Below, one piece after another: positions 27,921 through 38,900 of a stretch of DNA of 64,000 nt. A program made the position numbers and the translations under genes. Under the pieces are notes generated by a model, which searched no databases, had not been told where the DNA came from, and was given only the letters and a program-made list of their open reading frames with translations. Numbering within the stretch: the first letter of the stretch is position 1; the number at the start of each line of letters is the position of its first letter. The stretch is taken from assembly GCA_964428655.1 (NCBI GenBank), contig CAYRYE010000002.1, positions 183,156 to 247,155 of the forward strand, given 5' to 3'. The DNA comes from an uncultured Gammaproteobacteria bacterium (GTDB lineage: Bacteria; Patescibacteriota; Microgenomatia; UBA12405; JAHJSD01).

Positions 27921-29354
27921 ATGACAATAAAAAAACTAATTGGTTTCCTTACTATTATTTTCCTAGTTAGTTTAGTTGTTCCTAAAAATTTGGAAACAGC
28001 TACCTTAAGTTCTGTTAAAAACACTCTAAGCAGTTCTCGTCTTTCCTATGTTGGCGCAGTGGGCAGCGGCAACACAGCTGGAGGCACGCTTTTAACTATT
28101 AAAACCAGTAGTTTGGAAGGCTGGGCAACTTCCGATGATAATTTAAATTTGTTTACCGGTGACTCCTTAATGATTGGTTCTACCAGCCCTTACACTGTGG
28201 TTGATGTCTTTGGCACTGACCAAATTCAAATTTATCGCAGCGGCGGCCTAGGAGCGGATGACGTTGATGTTGACGATCCGGTAATTGCCACCCGCAGTGC
28301 CCAACACACGCTCACCTTTACTCCAATAACTGTTATCGAAGATGGCCGCTATCGGATCAGAATTAAAGCCACTGGGGGAACACAAGCTCAAAGCAAAGAC
28401 GGTATTCCTGATGCTGATGGCTTTGATTTTACCGAAAGCTTCCAAACCAGCTATATTGACTGCACCAGCGCTGACAGCGGCAGCGCCTCAATTGTGTACT
28501 CCGGCGACACCAATTGCCCTACAGGCTACACTTGCGCTTTTTGCACTTATACCGGCAACAATACTCTAGCTGCCAAAAGCATTAATGTTGGCACCACGGC
28601 CGCCGCTCAACAGCCAATCAATCCGTCTCCTTCTTCAACTTCAAAAAGTGCCGGCGAGGCTGATATTTATACTTTTTATGTTGACCACATGGAAGACGAT
28701 TACGATGTCATTGATTCTACCCCCGCTAAAATTGCGGTGATTGAATCAGTCCGGGTAACGGCAGTTGTTGACCCAACAATCGAATTTGAAATTAATGGCG
28801 TTAATGTTGGCCAAACCGCCTGCGACAATGCGTTGGACGTAACTAGCACTGCCACCACTGTCCCTTTTGGCAGTGTGGCCATCAGCACTTTCACTGATTT
28901 GGCTCAGGAGCTAATTGTCTCTACCAATGCTGACGACGGCTACGCGGTCACGGCAATAGAATCAGACCAATTAGCCTTGATCATGGGAACTGGCCTCGAT
29001 CCCGCAATTGATATTGACGATACGCTAGGAGATACCGGTGATTGTGAGTATAACGATTACGATGAGTGGTCAACTACTTCCACCAAAGGTTTTGGTTATT
29101 CACTGGAAAAAATTAATGCCTCTGCCACAGTACCTTTTGAATACGATACCTCTGGTAGTGGCTGCACCGGCACTTTTTGCGCTAAGCAATTTGCTGATAA
29201 TAACGCGGGAGAAACAGCCCAAACAATTTTCAATTCCGGCACTGTAGCCGACTCTGAAAATGTCTATGTCTGCTATCGAGTGATTGTTTCTGAAACTCAA
29301 GAAGCAGGCACATATACTAACGCGATTACCTATGTCGCTAGCGCGACATTCTGA
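27921..29354 (+). CDS. secreted cell-surface protein (477 aa) sharing C-terminal domain with 26061..26840
   Basis: Signal peptide; Thr/Ser/Asp-rich; C-terminal DEWSTTSTKGFGYS...SETQEAGTYTNAITYVASATF homologous to the 259-aa protein. Confidence 0.65.
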   Translation: MTIKKLIGFLTIIFLVSLVVPKNLETATLSSVKNTLSSSRLSYVGAVGSGNTAGGTLLTIKTSSLEGWATSDDNLNLFTGDSLMIGSTSPYTVVDVFGTDQIQIYRSGGLGADDVDVDDPVIATRSAQHTLTFTPITVIEDGRYRIRIKATGGTQAQSKDGIPDADGFDFTESFQTSYIDCTSADSGSASIVYSGDTNCPTGYTCAFCTYTGNNTLAAKSINVGTTAAAQQPINPSPSSTSKSAGEADIYTFYVDHMEDDYDVIDSTPAKIAVIESVRVTAVVDPTIEFEINGVNVGQTACDNALDVTSTATTVPFGSVAISTFTDLAQELIVSTNADDGYAVTAIESDQLALIMGTGLDPAIDIDDTLGDTGDCEYNDYDEWSTTSTKGFGYSLEKINASATVPFEYDTSGSGCTGTFCAKQFADNNAGETAQTIFNSGTVADSENVYVCYRVIVSETQEAGTYTNAITYVASATF

Positions 29355-29377
29355 AAATTCAAAACTCAAAAATCAAA

Positions 29378-30328
29378 ATGCAAAGCTACATCTCAAAAAT
29401 CAAAAATTTCAAATTTTTATTTGTATTTTTGATCTTTAATCTTTTATTTTTAATTTCCGGCCAAAAAGCCGGCGCCCAGCAGGTAGTCAAAATGGCAGCC
29501 ATCCCCCCAAGAGCCGAAGACCTAATTGCCGATCCAGGTGAAGTCATCACCCGACAAATAAAAGTCCGCAACATGGGTAATGCGGAAATGGATTTTGAAG
29601 CAAAACTACTTGACTTTCTCGTTCAAGACAGAGAAGGAACGCCAGTTTTTTTGGATGATGAACTCTCAGAAGCCGATAATCGCTGGGCTCTTTCCCAATG
29701 GGTCAATGTCTCCCCTTTTAGATTTGTCATCAAGCCTGGCGAAATCAAAGAACTGGATCTGGTCATTACCGTTCCCGAAGACGCCCTAGCCGGCGGCCAT
29801 TACGCGGCAGTTATTTACCAGCCGACAGGAAGTAGAATTGGCGAGGAAGGAAGCGCTACTAAAGTTATTCCCAGTGTGGCCACACTGCTCTATCTAACTG
29901 TCTCCGGAGATATCACTGAAGAGGCTTTTGTCAAAAGAATGGATATTCCCAAACTTTCAGAATTCGGGCCGATTAAAATTATCAGTGAAATCACCAATTT
30001 GTCAGATATTCACATCAAGCCGTCGGGAGTAATTAAAATTTATAATCTCTTTAATAAGCTTTCAACCAGTTTGCAATTAGATGAATATAATATCTTTCCC
30101 AGTCGTTCCAGAATCTATGAAAATATTTGGGAGCAAAAATGGCTTCTTGGCCGCTATAAGGCTGAACTGGAAGGCGCTTATGGCAGTCAGGGACAAACTC
30201 TGCTAGCAATTGCCTACTTTTGGGTGATACCATATAGGCTAATTCTGGTTGGTTTACTGGCTATCACTCTGGCTATTCTTCTCATTGCTTACCTCAGGAA
30301 AAAAAGAAACACGGATTTATCACAATAA
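29378..30328 (+). CDS. secreted protein with C-terminal TM anchor (paralog-like to 26848..27840)
   Basis: Signal peptide, SGQKAGAQQ cleavage-site region shared with 26848 protein (SSGQKASAQS), C-terminal LILVGLLAITLAILLIAYLRKKRN anchor. Confidence 0.65.
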   Translation: MQSYISKIKNFKFLFVFLIFNLLFLISGQKAGAQQVVKMAAIPPRAEDLIADPGEVITRQIKVRNMGNAEMDFEAKLLDFLVQDREGTPVFLDDELSEADNRWALSQWVNVSPFRFVIKPGEIKELDLVITVPEDALAGGHYAAVIYQPTGSRIGEEGSATKVIPSVATLLYLTVSGDITEEAFVKRMDIPKLSEFGPIKIISEITNLSDIHIKPSGVIKIYNLFNKLSTSLQLDEYNIFPSRSRIYENIWEQKWLLGRYKAELEGAYGSQGQTLLAIAYFWVIPYRLILVGLLAITLAILLIAYLRKKRNTDLSQ

Positions 30329-30352
30329 ACCCCTATTGTGGTAAATTAAAAT

Positions 30353-31255
30353 ATGAATTTGTTTCGACTCTTTATCCTTTTACCGCTGTTTTTCTTCCAT
30401 GCTCCTAATTCATTTGCCAAAGTCAAATGGCAAAAAACAACCATCAACCGCTTTGACTTGCCGGCCGAGTTCAGCGTCGCTGTTTCAGCCTACATCGGCG
30501 GCTATCTTTTTGACATTGAGGGCCTAACCTCACCTTGGGCTAAGGTGGAGTTTTATTCAACTGAAGGCAATATCCAAGTAACTACTATTGCCGACAACGA
30601 GGGTGTTTTTCTATTTCGCTCGGTTTTAGCTCCTTTGCAAACGGGTGATTTTTGCTTTATCAGCTACGACACCGATAGTATTGCCAATAATCCTTTGTGC
30701 TTTCCTCCTCCCCCACCTCAAACTAAAACAACTATTTCAGGTATTGTGCTCTCGCCAACAATTTCACTTGATAAAGAGATTTTTCGTCAAAACGAATTAG
30801 TTGAAGCCCGAGGCCGCGCTTTTCCCAATGCTCAGATCAAAACTTTCCTTTTTGAACAAGAGCGCTCTTGGTGGCAAGAAATCATCGACGTTATCATTCC
30901 CGCCGCCTTTGCCCGGGAAGGGCCAAAACTAACTATCACCGCCAGCAAGGAAGGCTTTTTCTCCTTTAATCTACCAACCCAAAAATCAACCCGCTGGAGG
31001 TTCTTTGTTGGCCCTCAGCTCACTGATGAAACACCAACCGCCCAAAGTAATACTATTGAATTTTTAGCCTTATCTTGGTGGCAATGGCTGCTTTTAAAGA
31101 TCCTTCGCTTTGTCTATCACGTTCTGCGCTGGCTTTTCAGCTTTTTATTCCGCTGGGAGACAATAATTGCATTATTAATTACCTCAATCAGTATAATCTG
31201 TTTTAAACTAAAATCTAAGAACGCCCCAAAGCAGAGCAAACACGCTACGAGGTAA
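30353..31255 (+). CDS. secreted/membrane-anchored hypothetical protein (300 aa)
   Basis: Signal peptide, Pro-rich linker CFPPPPPQTKTT, two C-terminal hydrophobic segments. Confidence 0.55.
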   Translation: MNLFRLFILLPLFFFHAPNSFAKVKWQKTTINRFDLPAEFSVAVSAYIGGYLFDIEGLTSPWAKVEFYSTEGNIQVTTIADNEGVFLFRSVLAPLQTGDFCFISYDTDSIANNPLCFPPPPPQTKTTISGIVLSPTISLDKEIFRQNELVEARGRAFPNAQIKTFLFEQERSWWQEIIDVIIPAAFAREGPKLTITASKEGFFSFNLPTQKSTRWRFFVGPQLTDETPTAQSNTIEFLALSWWQWLLLKILRFVYHVLRWLFSFLFRWETIIALLITSISIICFKLKSKNAPKQSKHATR

Positions 31256-31298
31256 AAAAACTAAAAGTAACAGTTAAAAACTAAAAGTTTTAAAATTC

Positions 31299-31766
31299 TT
31301 ATCTAAAAGTAACCGTTACACTCTGAGGAAACTCAAGGCCATCAACTAAAGCGGTAACAACAAACTGGCCGGGATAATCACTGACAATTTCAAAAACTGT
31401 TTTGCCGAACTTATCAGTACCAGGCTGAACTTCTTTAATTTGAACCTCACCCTCTGTTCCGGCTGTCTTTGGTGCAACTGTCAGTGAGATTAGCTTATCA
31501 GGAACACCAATACCTTGACTATTTAATAAAAAAGCACTAATTCTTACTTTAGTTTGACCGTCCGCTGAAACTACCAAAGGAGCCCCAAAAACATATGAAT
31601 TGCTTAAAGAATAATCTTTAGGCTTAGCCGCTTTGGTTAAATAAACTAAAGCCTGGGGAACTGCATATTTAGCCAAAACAAAAAGACCAATAATCGAAAT
31701 AAAAATCACTAATATCAAGCCCAATTTTGTTTTCTTTTGCTCCACGGGAGCTACCTTGTCTGGCAT
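31299..31766 (-). CDS. N-terminally anchored protein with Ig-like/Big-type beta domain
   Basis: Start at internal ATG (MPDKVAPVEQKK...) followed by a single TM helix; C-terminal beta-rich domain; the upstream 35 codons of the listed ORF lack RBS support. Confidence 0.5.
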   Translation of the reverse strand: MPDKVAPVEQKKTKLGLILVIFISIIGLFVLAKYAVPQALVYLTKAAKPKDYSLSNSYVFGAPLVVSADGQTKVRISAFLLNSQGIGVPDKLISLTVAPKTAGTEGEVQIKEVQPGTDKFGKTVFEIVSDYPGQFVVTALVDGLEFPQSVTVTFR

Positions 31767-32439
31767 AATTAAATTAAAACATGAAAGAAATAACTTGTCA
31801 ATTAGAAAAATCGGCAATCTTATAATATAAATCTGTTTTTGAGAATTGACATCAAGTCTGAAAACAATCAAATTAAAAAATAATAAACTTTCCCCTTAGA
31901 AAGTCGATTTTAAATAGATCAGTTTTCTATAGCAAATCATTACAATGTCTGCCAACCAATAGCCTCTAAAATAAATTCTCCTCCTATAATGATTTATTCT
32001 AAGTAATTTTCGTGAAAAACTTCCCTTTTTCACAGACAGTTTTGATGCAAACAATGATGCCAGCAGATCATCTGCGTCCTCAAAACGTCGGAACAGGACC
32101 GAAGGAATCAGCCAAAAACAATCAAATGTGAAATGCCATTGTTCAAGATTCCCGCAGTTTCTCCTTAGTCTTTGCTTCATTAAGCTGTACTAAGTTACAC
32201 AAAGATACTAATCAGTTATTTCCATACTATATCGTGAAAACACTATGAAAAGAAAATCAAGTTATAAGGTCAAGAATCCCCGCAGATTTCCCTTAACAAA
32301 TCTTTCAAAATAACTCGTTCTAAATATATCAAAGGCTATCAAGTTAAGTACTTGACAAGACTTTTATTATAGTGTAATCTGAATTTTGAAGCTATTTTAA
32401 ACTTTATAACTTGTATAACTGGTATAACATTTACCGAAA

Positions 32440-32952
32440 ATGCAATATTTTAAGCTAGAAAGGACATTCCAACTCTACCTTTTAAAAATAAGAAACCTCT
32501 CTCCTAGGAGTGTCAAAAATTATTTATCTGACTTCCGCCAGTTCTGGAAATGGTTGCTAAGTCATTCCTCCCGACTACTTCGGGACGGTGAAACGACTCT
32601 CTCAAAGTGGAGGGAACAAACATTCCAAATCCAATCAATCACTCCCCAACTTTTATCTGACTACAAAAACCATCTTTTAACCAGTAATATCAGCAAATCA
32701 ACTACCAAGAGAAAGCTGGCAACTATTAGAATTTTTTGCCAATTCTGCCTAAATCAAAACTGGATGAAGAAAAACCCTGCTCTGGAATTGGAAAATCCAT
32801 CAAGATTAGGTCCAAAAGAAAAAGAAGTCCATGATCTACTCTCCAAATTCGGCAGTTATTTGAAAACTGAAAATATGAGCAAAAATACAATTAAAAATTA
32901 TATAGCTGATGCAAGACAGTATTTGGTATCTGGTATATCGAAAAATGTCTAG
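32440..32952 (+). CDS. protein with two tandem tyrosine-recombinase N-terminal (SAM-like core-binding) domains and no catalytic domain; possibly the detached N-terminus of the downstream giant gene
   Basis: NLSPRSVKNYLSDFRQFWKWL and NMSKNTIKNYIADARQYLVS match the XerC/D/phage-integrase N-terminal core-binding domain pattern (LSxnTlxaYrrdLxxFxxwL); ends 18 nt before the 2457-aa gene, whose own N-terminus is a bare TM helix. Confidence 0.6.
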   Translation: MQYFKLERTFQLYLLKIRNLSPRSVKNYLSDFRQFWKWLLSHSSRLLRDGETTLSKWREQTFQIQSITPQLLSDYKNHLLTSNISKSTTKRKLATIRIFCQFCLNQNWMKKNPALELENPSRLGPKEKEVHDLLSKFGSYLKTENMSKNTIKNYIADARQYLVSGISKNV

Positions 32953-32969
32953 CGGCCGACAGTAAAACA

Positions 32970-35900
32970 ATGAAATATTCAATTTGCAAAGGACTAAAAA
33001 ATAGTCTCAATATGCTGGCTAATTTCCGCCTGCGGACATTGATTACCATTCTCGCCGTCCTGACTACCTTAACTGGAATTGTTTTATTCCTCAACAAAAA
33101 CCCCCAACTAGCCGAGGCTGCCTGGTACAATGGCGCCTGGACTTACAGAAAAAAACTTACCTTTGACAACTCTGGACAAAGTGAAAATCTAACTAACTTC
33201 CCTACTATGGTCAAGCTGACCAGCACTAATTTTACCTTTAGCCAGGCCCAGTCAAGCGGTCAGGATATTAGATTTACTGATTCTGCAGGCACTAACCTTT
33301 TAGATTATGAAATTGAATCTTTTGACGCATCTGGAGAAGAAGCTTATCTCTGGGTCAAGGTGCCTCAAATAGACGGTTCTTCGGCTACAGACTATATCTA
33401 CATGTACTGGGGCAATCCAAGCGCTTCTGATGCCCAAGACGCTGATGCTACCTGGAACAGCAATTATAAAGGGGTTTGGCATTTGAATGATGATGCCGCG
33501 ACCTCCACTGTTTCTGATTCTTCAGGCAACAGCAACAACATCACCAGCTCAGGCACGACTGACAAATATACCAGCACCGGTCAAATGGGAGGCAGTTTTA
33601 CCACCATGGGCACACCCCAGGTTGTTCCCAATCAGGCTGGTAGTACTTCAGAACTATATCCTTCAATAAAACTTGATTCTAATGATTATCCGGTGATTGC
33701 TTTTTTTGATGACACAGACAATGACTTAATGCTGCTCCATTGCAATGACCCAGATTGTAAAGGCGATGATGAAAGTCTTGAGGTGGTTGAAAGCTCCGGA
33801 AATACTGGCTACTACCCTTCACTTCAATTAGATACCAACGACTACCCTGTCATTGCCTACTGGGATAATACTGGTGATGATTTAAAATTTGTTCATTGTG
33901 ATGATGTTAATTGCACTGGTACAGAAACTCCGGTAAGTCTAGACACGGTGGGCGACACCGGTCGTTGGCCTTCAATGCAATTAGACTCTTCTGGCTATCC
34001 AACCATCGCCTATTTTGACAACAGTAATGATGCCCTTAAACTAATTCATTGTGATGATGCTGATTGTACCAGCTATAACACGGAAACTGTTGATGCCACT
34101 GCCAACAGCGCCTATCTCCACAGCATCTCTCTACAATTAGATGACAATGACTATCCGGTGATTGCTTACTACCACCACACTGCTGATCCTACTCGCAAAG
34201 TAAAAGTAACTCGCTGTAATGATGTTGATTGTGATGGCGTTGGTGAATCAACTGAGTCTCCTGTTGACGGCGCCAACCAATACCGCTATCTTTCTCTTCA
34301 ACTTGATATTACTGACGAATATCCCATGATTACTTATTATGATGAAACCATTGGCGACCTTTTTTATATTCACTGCGATGATGCTAACTGCGCCGGCGTG
34401 GAAACACCAAAAACCCTCACCACCGGTACTGCCCGCCAGCCCTGGATGGAATTAAACAGTTCTGGTATTCCAATCATAATTACTCATTACAGCGTCTACC
34501 CCCGGCTTTTTATCTGTTCTGACGCTGACTGCACTACTGACAGTGAACAATATATTACTCTAAATAACCAATATTACTGTAATTATCCCACTATGGAGTT
34601 GGATAGCAATGACTATCCTGTGTTTGCTTGTTATAGCCGAGGTAAAACAGGCAGTTATGATATCAATCTCTATAGACTTAGTCCTAAGTTAACCCAAAGT
34701 TATGACTCGGACTTTGATTTTGGCACCGGAGATTTTTCTGCTTCAATGTGGTTTAAAAGTGATGACGCTTCACAAAACTTTCTCCTTTCCCGCTATGATG
34801 CTGACCAGGGATATAAACTCTGGCTGGATTATGGCGGTCATCCCTGCTTTGGCATTGATGATGACAGTTCTTTTGGTCCTGATGACAGCGCCTGCACTAC
34901 GCCCGCAAATACAGAAGTTGACATGGACGGACAAGGTGGAACTGTTGAAGAACATGATATGAAATTAAACAGTGTTAATGGCTATCCAGTAATTGCTTTT
35001 TTTGATGAAACTAATGATGATTTAGAAGTTGTCCGCTGCAATGACGCTACCTGCACGAGCACAACTACTACCACTATTGATAGCAGCGGCGATGTTGGCC
35101 GTACTCCCTCTCTTCAACTTGATTCAAATAACTATCCAGTTATTGCTTATCATTATAACACCAGCCAAGATTTAAAAATTGTTCATTGTGGTAGTACTGA
35201 TTGCTCCAGCGGCAATACCATTAACACAGTTGACAGCGGCGGTAATGTTGGCGACTACCCTTCTCTTCAACTAGATACTACTAATGGCTATCCGGTGATT
35301 GCCTACTATGACGCCACTAATACAGCCATAAAACTGGTTCATTGTGATGATGTTAACTGTGATGGTGATGAAAGCGGCAATACTGTTACTGTTGACAACA
35401 CTGAAATCGATTATCCTTATATCAGTGTTACTTGGATGAAGCTTGACACCAATGGTTATCCAGTCATGACTTATCATAATAACACTACCTATGACCTTAA
35501 ACTAGCCCACTGCGACAATGCCGGCTGTACTGGTGATCAAAGCGGCAATATTGTTACCGTAGAAACTTCAGGAACTATTGGCAGATATGCCTCGCTTGAA
35601 CTAGATTCAAATGATTATCCAGTTATTGCAACCCATAGAGCCAGCTCTGATCTTAAGCTCATCCATTGCAGTGATGCTAACTGTACTACTAAAACCAGCA
35701 ACTATGTAGAAGAAAGTACTAATATGGATAAAGGATATTACTATATCGACCTAGAACTTAATGACTCAGGTTACCCAGTAATTCTTCACACTTCTTTAGC
35801 TCATTGGAACCATATTTTGACAATTTGCAATGATGTTAATTGCGCCGGCAGTGATGAAAGCTTCACTCATATCCGCGGCAGCGCATCTGATTATTTATTT

Positions 35901-38900
35901 AGCTCTCTGGAGTTAGATAGCAATGATTATCCGGTAATCAGCTATTATGATAGTGGTAAATTAAACCTGCTCCATGCTACTGCTACTACTTATACTGATA
36001 CAAATGCTTATGATGACGGCAGTTGGCATCATTTAGTCGCTGTCAAAGACGATACTTCTTCCATCAAGTTATATATTGACGGAGCTGAAGTAGCTTCTGA
36101 TACTTCAATTGCCGCTCTTAACACTCTGACCTCTGATTCTGCTGAATTAAGACTAGCAGAGACTATTACTGTTCTTGCTGGCAATGACTACTCTACTTAC
36201 AACTGGAGTGGTGATATTGATGAAGTCCAGATTGATAGTACTGCCCGTTCTGCTGATTGGGTAGCTGCTCAGTATCTAAGTGAAAGTGATGGTTTTATTA
36301 CCTTTGGTACTTTAGAACTTGGCTCCACCGGAGATGGAGAAAAACCAGTTGCGTATTGGTCCTTCGACTCCGGTTACGGAACCGTCGCTCAGGATAAAAC
36401 TACTAATAATATCGATCTTGAGATCACAGGTGCCGCTTGGAGATCAGAAGAAGATTGCTTCTCTGGAAAATGTTTATACTTTGACGGATCTGGAGATTAT
36501 TTAAGAAGTACTGACAGCAACGTAACTACAATAGCTTCTGGAGCAAGCGCTACATATTCTGTTTGGTTTAGAACTGGAGATACAACTACAGAGGCAAATT
36601 ATCCAAATATAATGGGAATTAGGGATACATCTTCGTCACCATATGACATATTTAATTTGCGGCTCTATCAAGAAAGAATTGAAGGGGAAATATATGAAAA
36701 CGATAATAACGACAGCATTCGCTGGACAACAAGCGTTATTGACAATCAATGGCATCATGCTGTTCTAGTTAAAAATGGCAACACTGCCCATCTATACGTT
36801 GATGGTCTTTTAAAAGATTCAGGTACTCGAACTTGGGGAGAAATTTCAGACACTGAATTTCTTATTGGAGCAAGAGAAACCACTGGCGGGTATTTTAAGG
36901 GCTTCATAGATGAGCCAAAAGTCTATGACTATGCTAGAACAGCCGCCCAGGTAAAAACTGACTATATCAGAGGGGCTGGTGCTCATGGAGGCAGTGCGGT
37001 TCTAGGAGCTGAAGATACTTCTTATCTTAATGATGGATTGGTTGGGTATTGGAAATTAGAAGAAACCTCTACTCCAGCTATTGATAGTTCTGGAAATGGG
37101 AATTCGGGAACTTGGACTGGCGATAACATTGATGATACAGCAGGAAAGTTTGGAAACAGTATAAGTCTTGGAGGCACAGATGACTATGTAGATATGGGCG
37201 TAGTAGGACCAGTAGATGGAGCAACAGCTTTAACTGTTTCGGCTTGGGTTAAACCAGACGGCGCTGTTAGCGATAGCATTGTTGACCAATATGGCGATAG
37301 CAGTAGTGCTACCTTTCTTTTTTATACCAACTCCTCCGGTTTAAGAGGGCTTGTTGAAGATAGCAGCAGTAATAGATATTACGGAAGCATATCAGATGCC
37401 GCTCTCGCTGTTGACACATGGCAGCACGTTGTTATGACTTGGGATGCTGATAGTCAAACTATTTATGGCTATGTAAATGGTGAAAAACAAACTAATTCTG
37501 TCTCAGCGCCAATCAGCAGCCTTAGAGGAACTGCTGTCAAAAATCTAGTTATTGGCGGCACCTGGAATGATTTTGCCGGTGAAATTGATGAAGTCCGCGT
37601 ATATCAGCGCGCATTAAGTTCAGCGGAAATCCGCGCGCTATATAACTGGGCTCCGGGGCCTGTTCTCTATTACAGCCTTGATGAACATACAGGAACTTCT
37701 ACAGTTTATGATAGATCGGGTAACGACTATGACGGAACAATGAGTGGTCTATCAGAAAGTAGCTGGGTTTTAGGAAAATATGGTAGTGCATTAAACTTTG
37801 ACGGTAATGACAGTGTTAATATAACTGGTTTTACCAGTACTACAAAAAGCAATACTATTGAAATGTGGGCAAAAAGCTCACTAGGAGATACAACTTATGA
37901 CTACCTACTTGATTCAACTACAGGCAGATTTGTTTTTGCCTGGTTTTCCAGTGTGTCTGGGCAAATTGGTTTTTATGACGGCGCCTGGAAATCATTTGGG
38001 GACACACCAAATGACGGTGAATGGCACCATCTTGCTTTAGTATTAAACAGCAGTACTTCTACTGCCTCATTATATATTGATGGCGTTAAATTTGGCTCAG
38101 ATCAGGCATATACAGACAAGGATATTAGCGGAGATACTTATCTGGCAACCAACTATCTTGGTACTGGTGGTTATTTTAATGGCTCTCTTGACGATGTCCG
38201 TATCTACAACTACGCCCGGACTCCAGGGCAGATTGTGGAGGATATGAATGCGGGCCATCCAATTGGAGGCAGTCCTGTTGGAAGTCAAGTTGGTTATTGG
38301 AAGTTTGATGAGGGATATGGAACAACAGCTTATGATAGTGGACTACATGCTGAAAATGGCACTCTAACTAATTCTCCCACTTGGTCAAACTCTGGCAAAA
38401 TTGGCAAGGCTTTAAGTTTCTCCGATAGCAGTAACGCCACTTACGTAAGCATTCCTGGATCAGGAGAGCTTGAAGATGTAACTGATAATAGCTACTCCTT
38501 TTCTGCTTGGATGAACCCAGCTTCCATTCCTTCTTCTGGCACAAATAATGTTATGACAGCAGTGGGTAGACCAGGATACCATACACTAATTGGATACTAC
38601 TACACTCAGAAAATGATCATGCATGTTCGTAATTCAGATGGTACAGCATTTGCCACAACCTCTTCCAATACCTTCTCTATTGATAATTGGAACCATGTAG
38701 TTGGCGTGGCTGATACCAGTGACAACTCTATAAAAATCTATGTCAATGGAAAATTAGAAGGTACTGGCAGTTGGACTGGAACACTCAGGGATTTCGGAAC
38801 CGGAGAATATAGAATTGGAACTTCGAGGAATGGTTCTTGCTCCGCTGATTGGGCATTTTGTTTCGATGGACTAGTTGATGAGGCAAAAATCTATAACACC

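Noticed and set aside
31896-32180. 94-aa minus-strand ORF in the long intergenic region before the giant locus
   Set aside because: It lies in an AT-rich promoter-like region, is Arg-rich and has no RBS; it is likely spurious.
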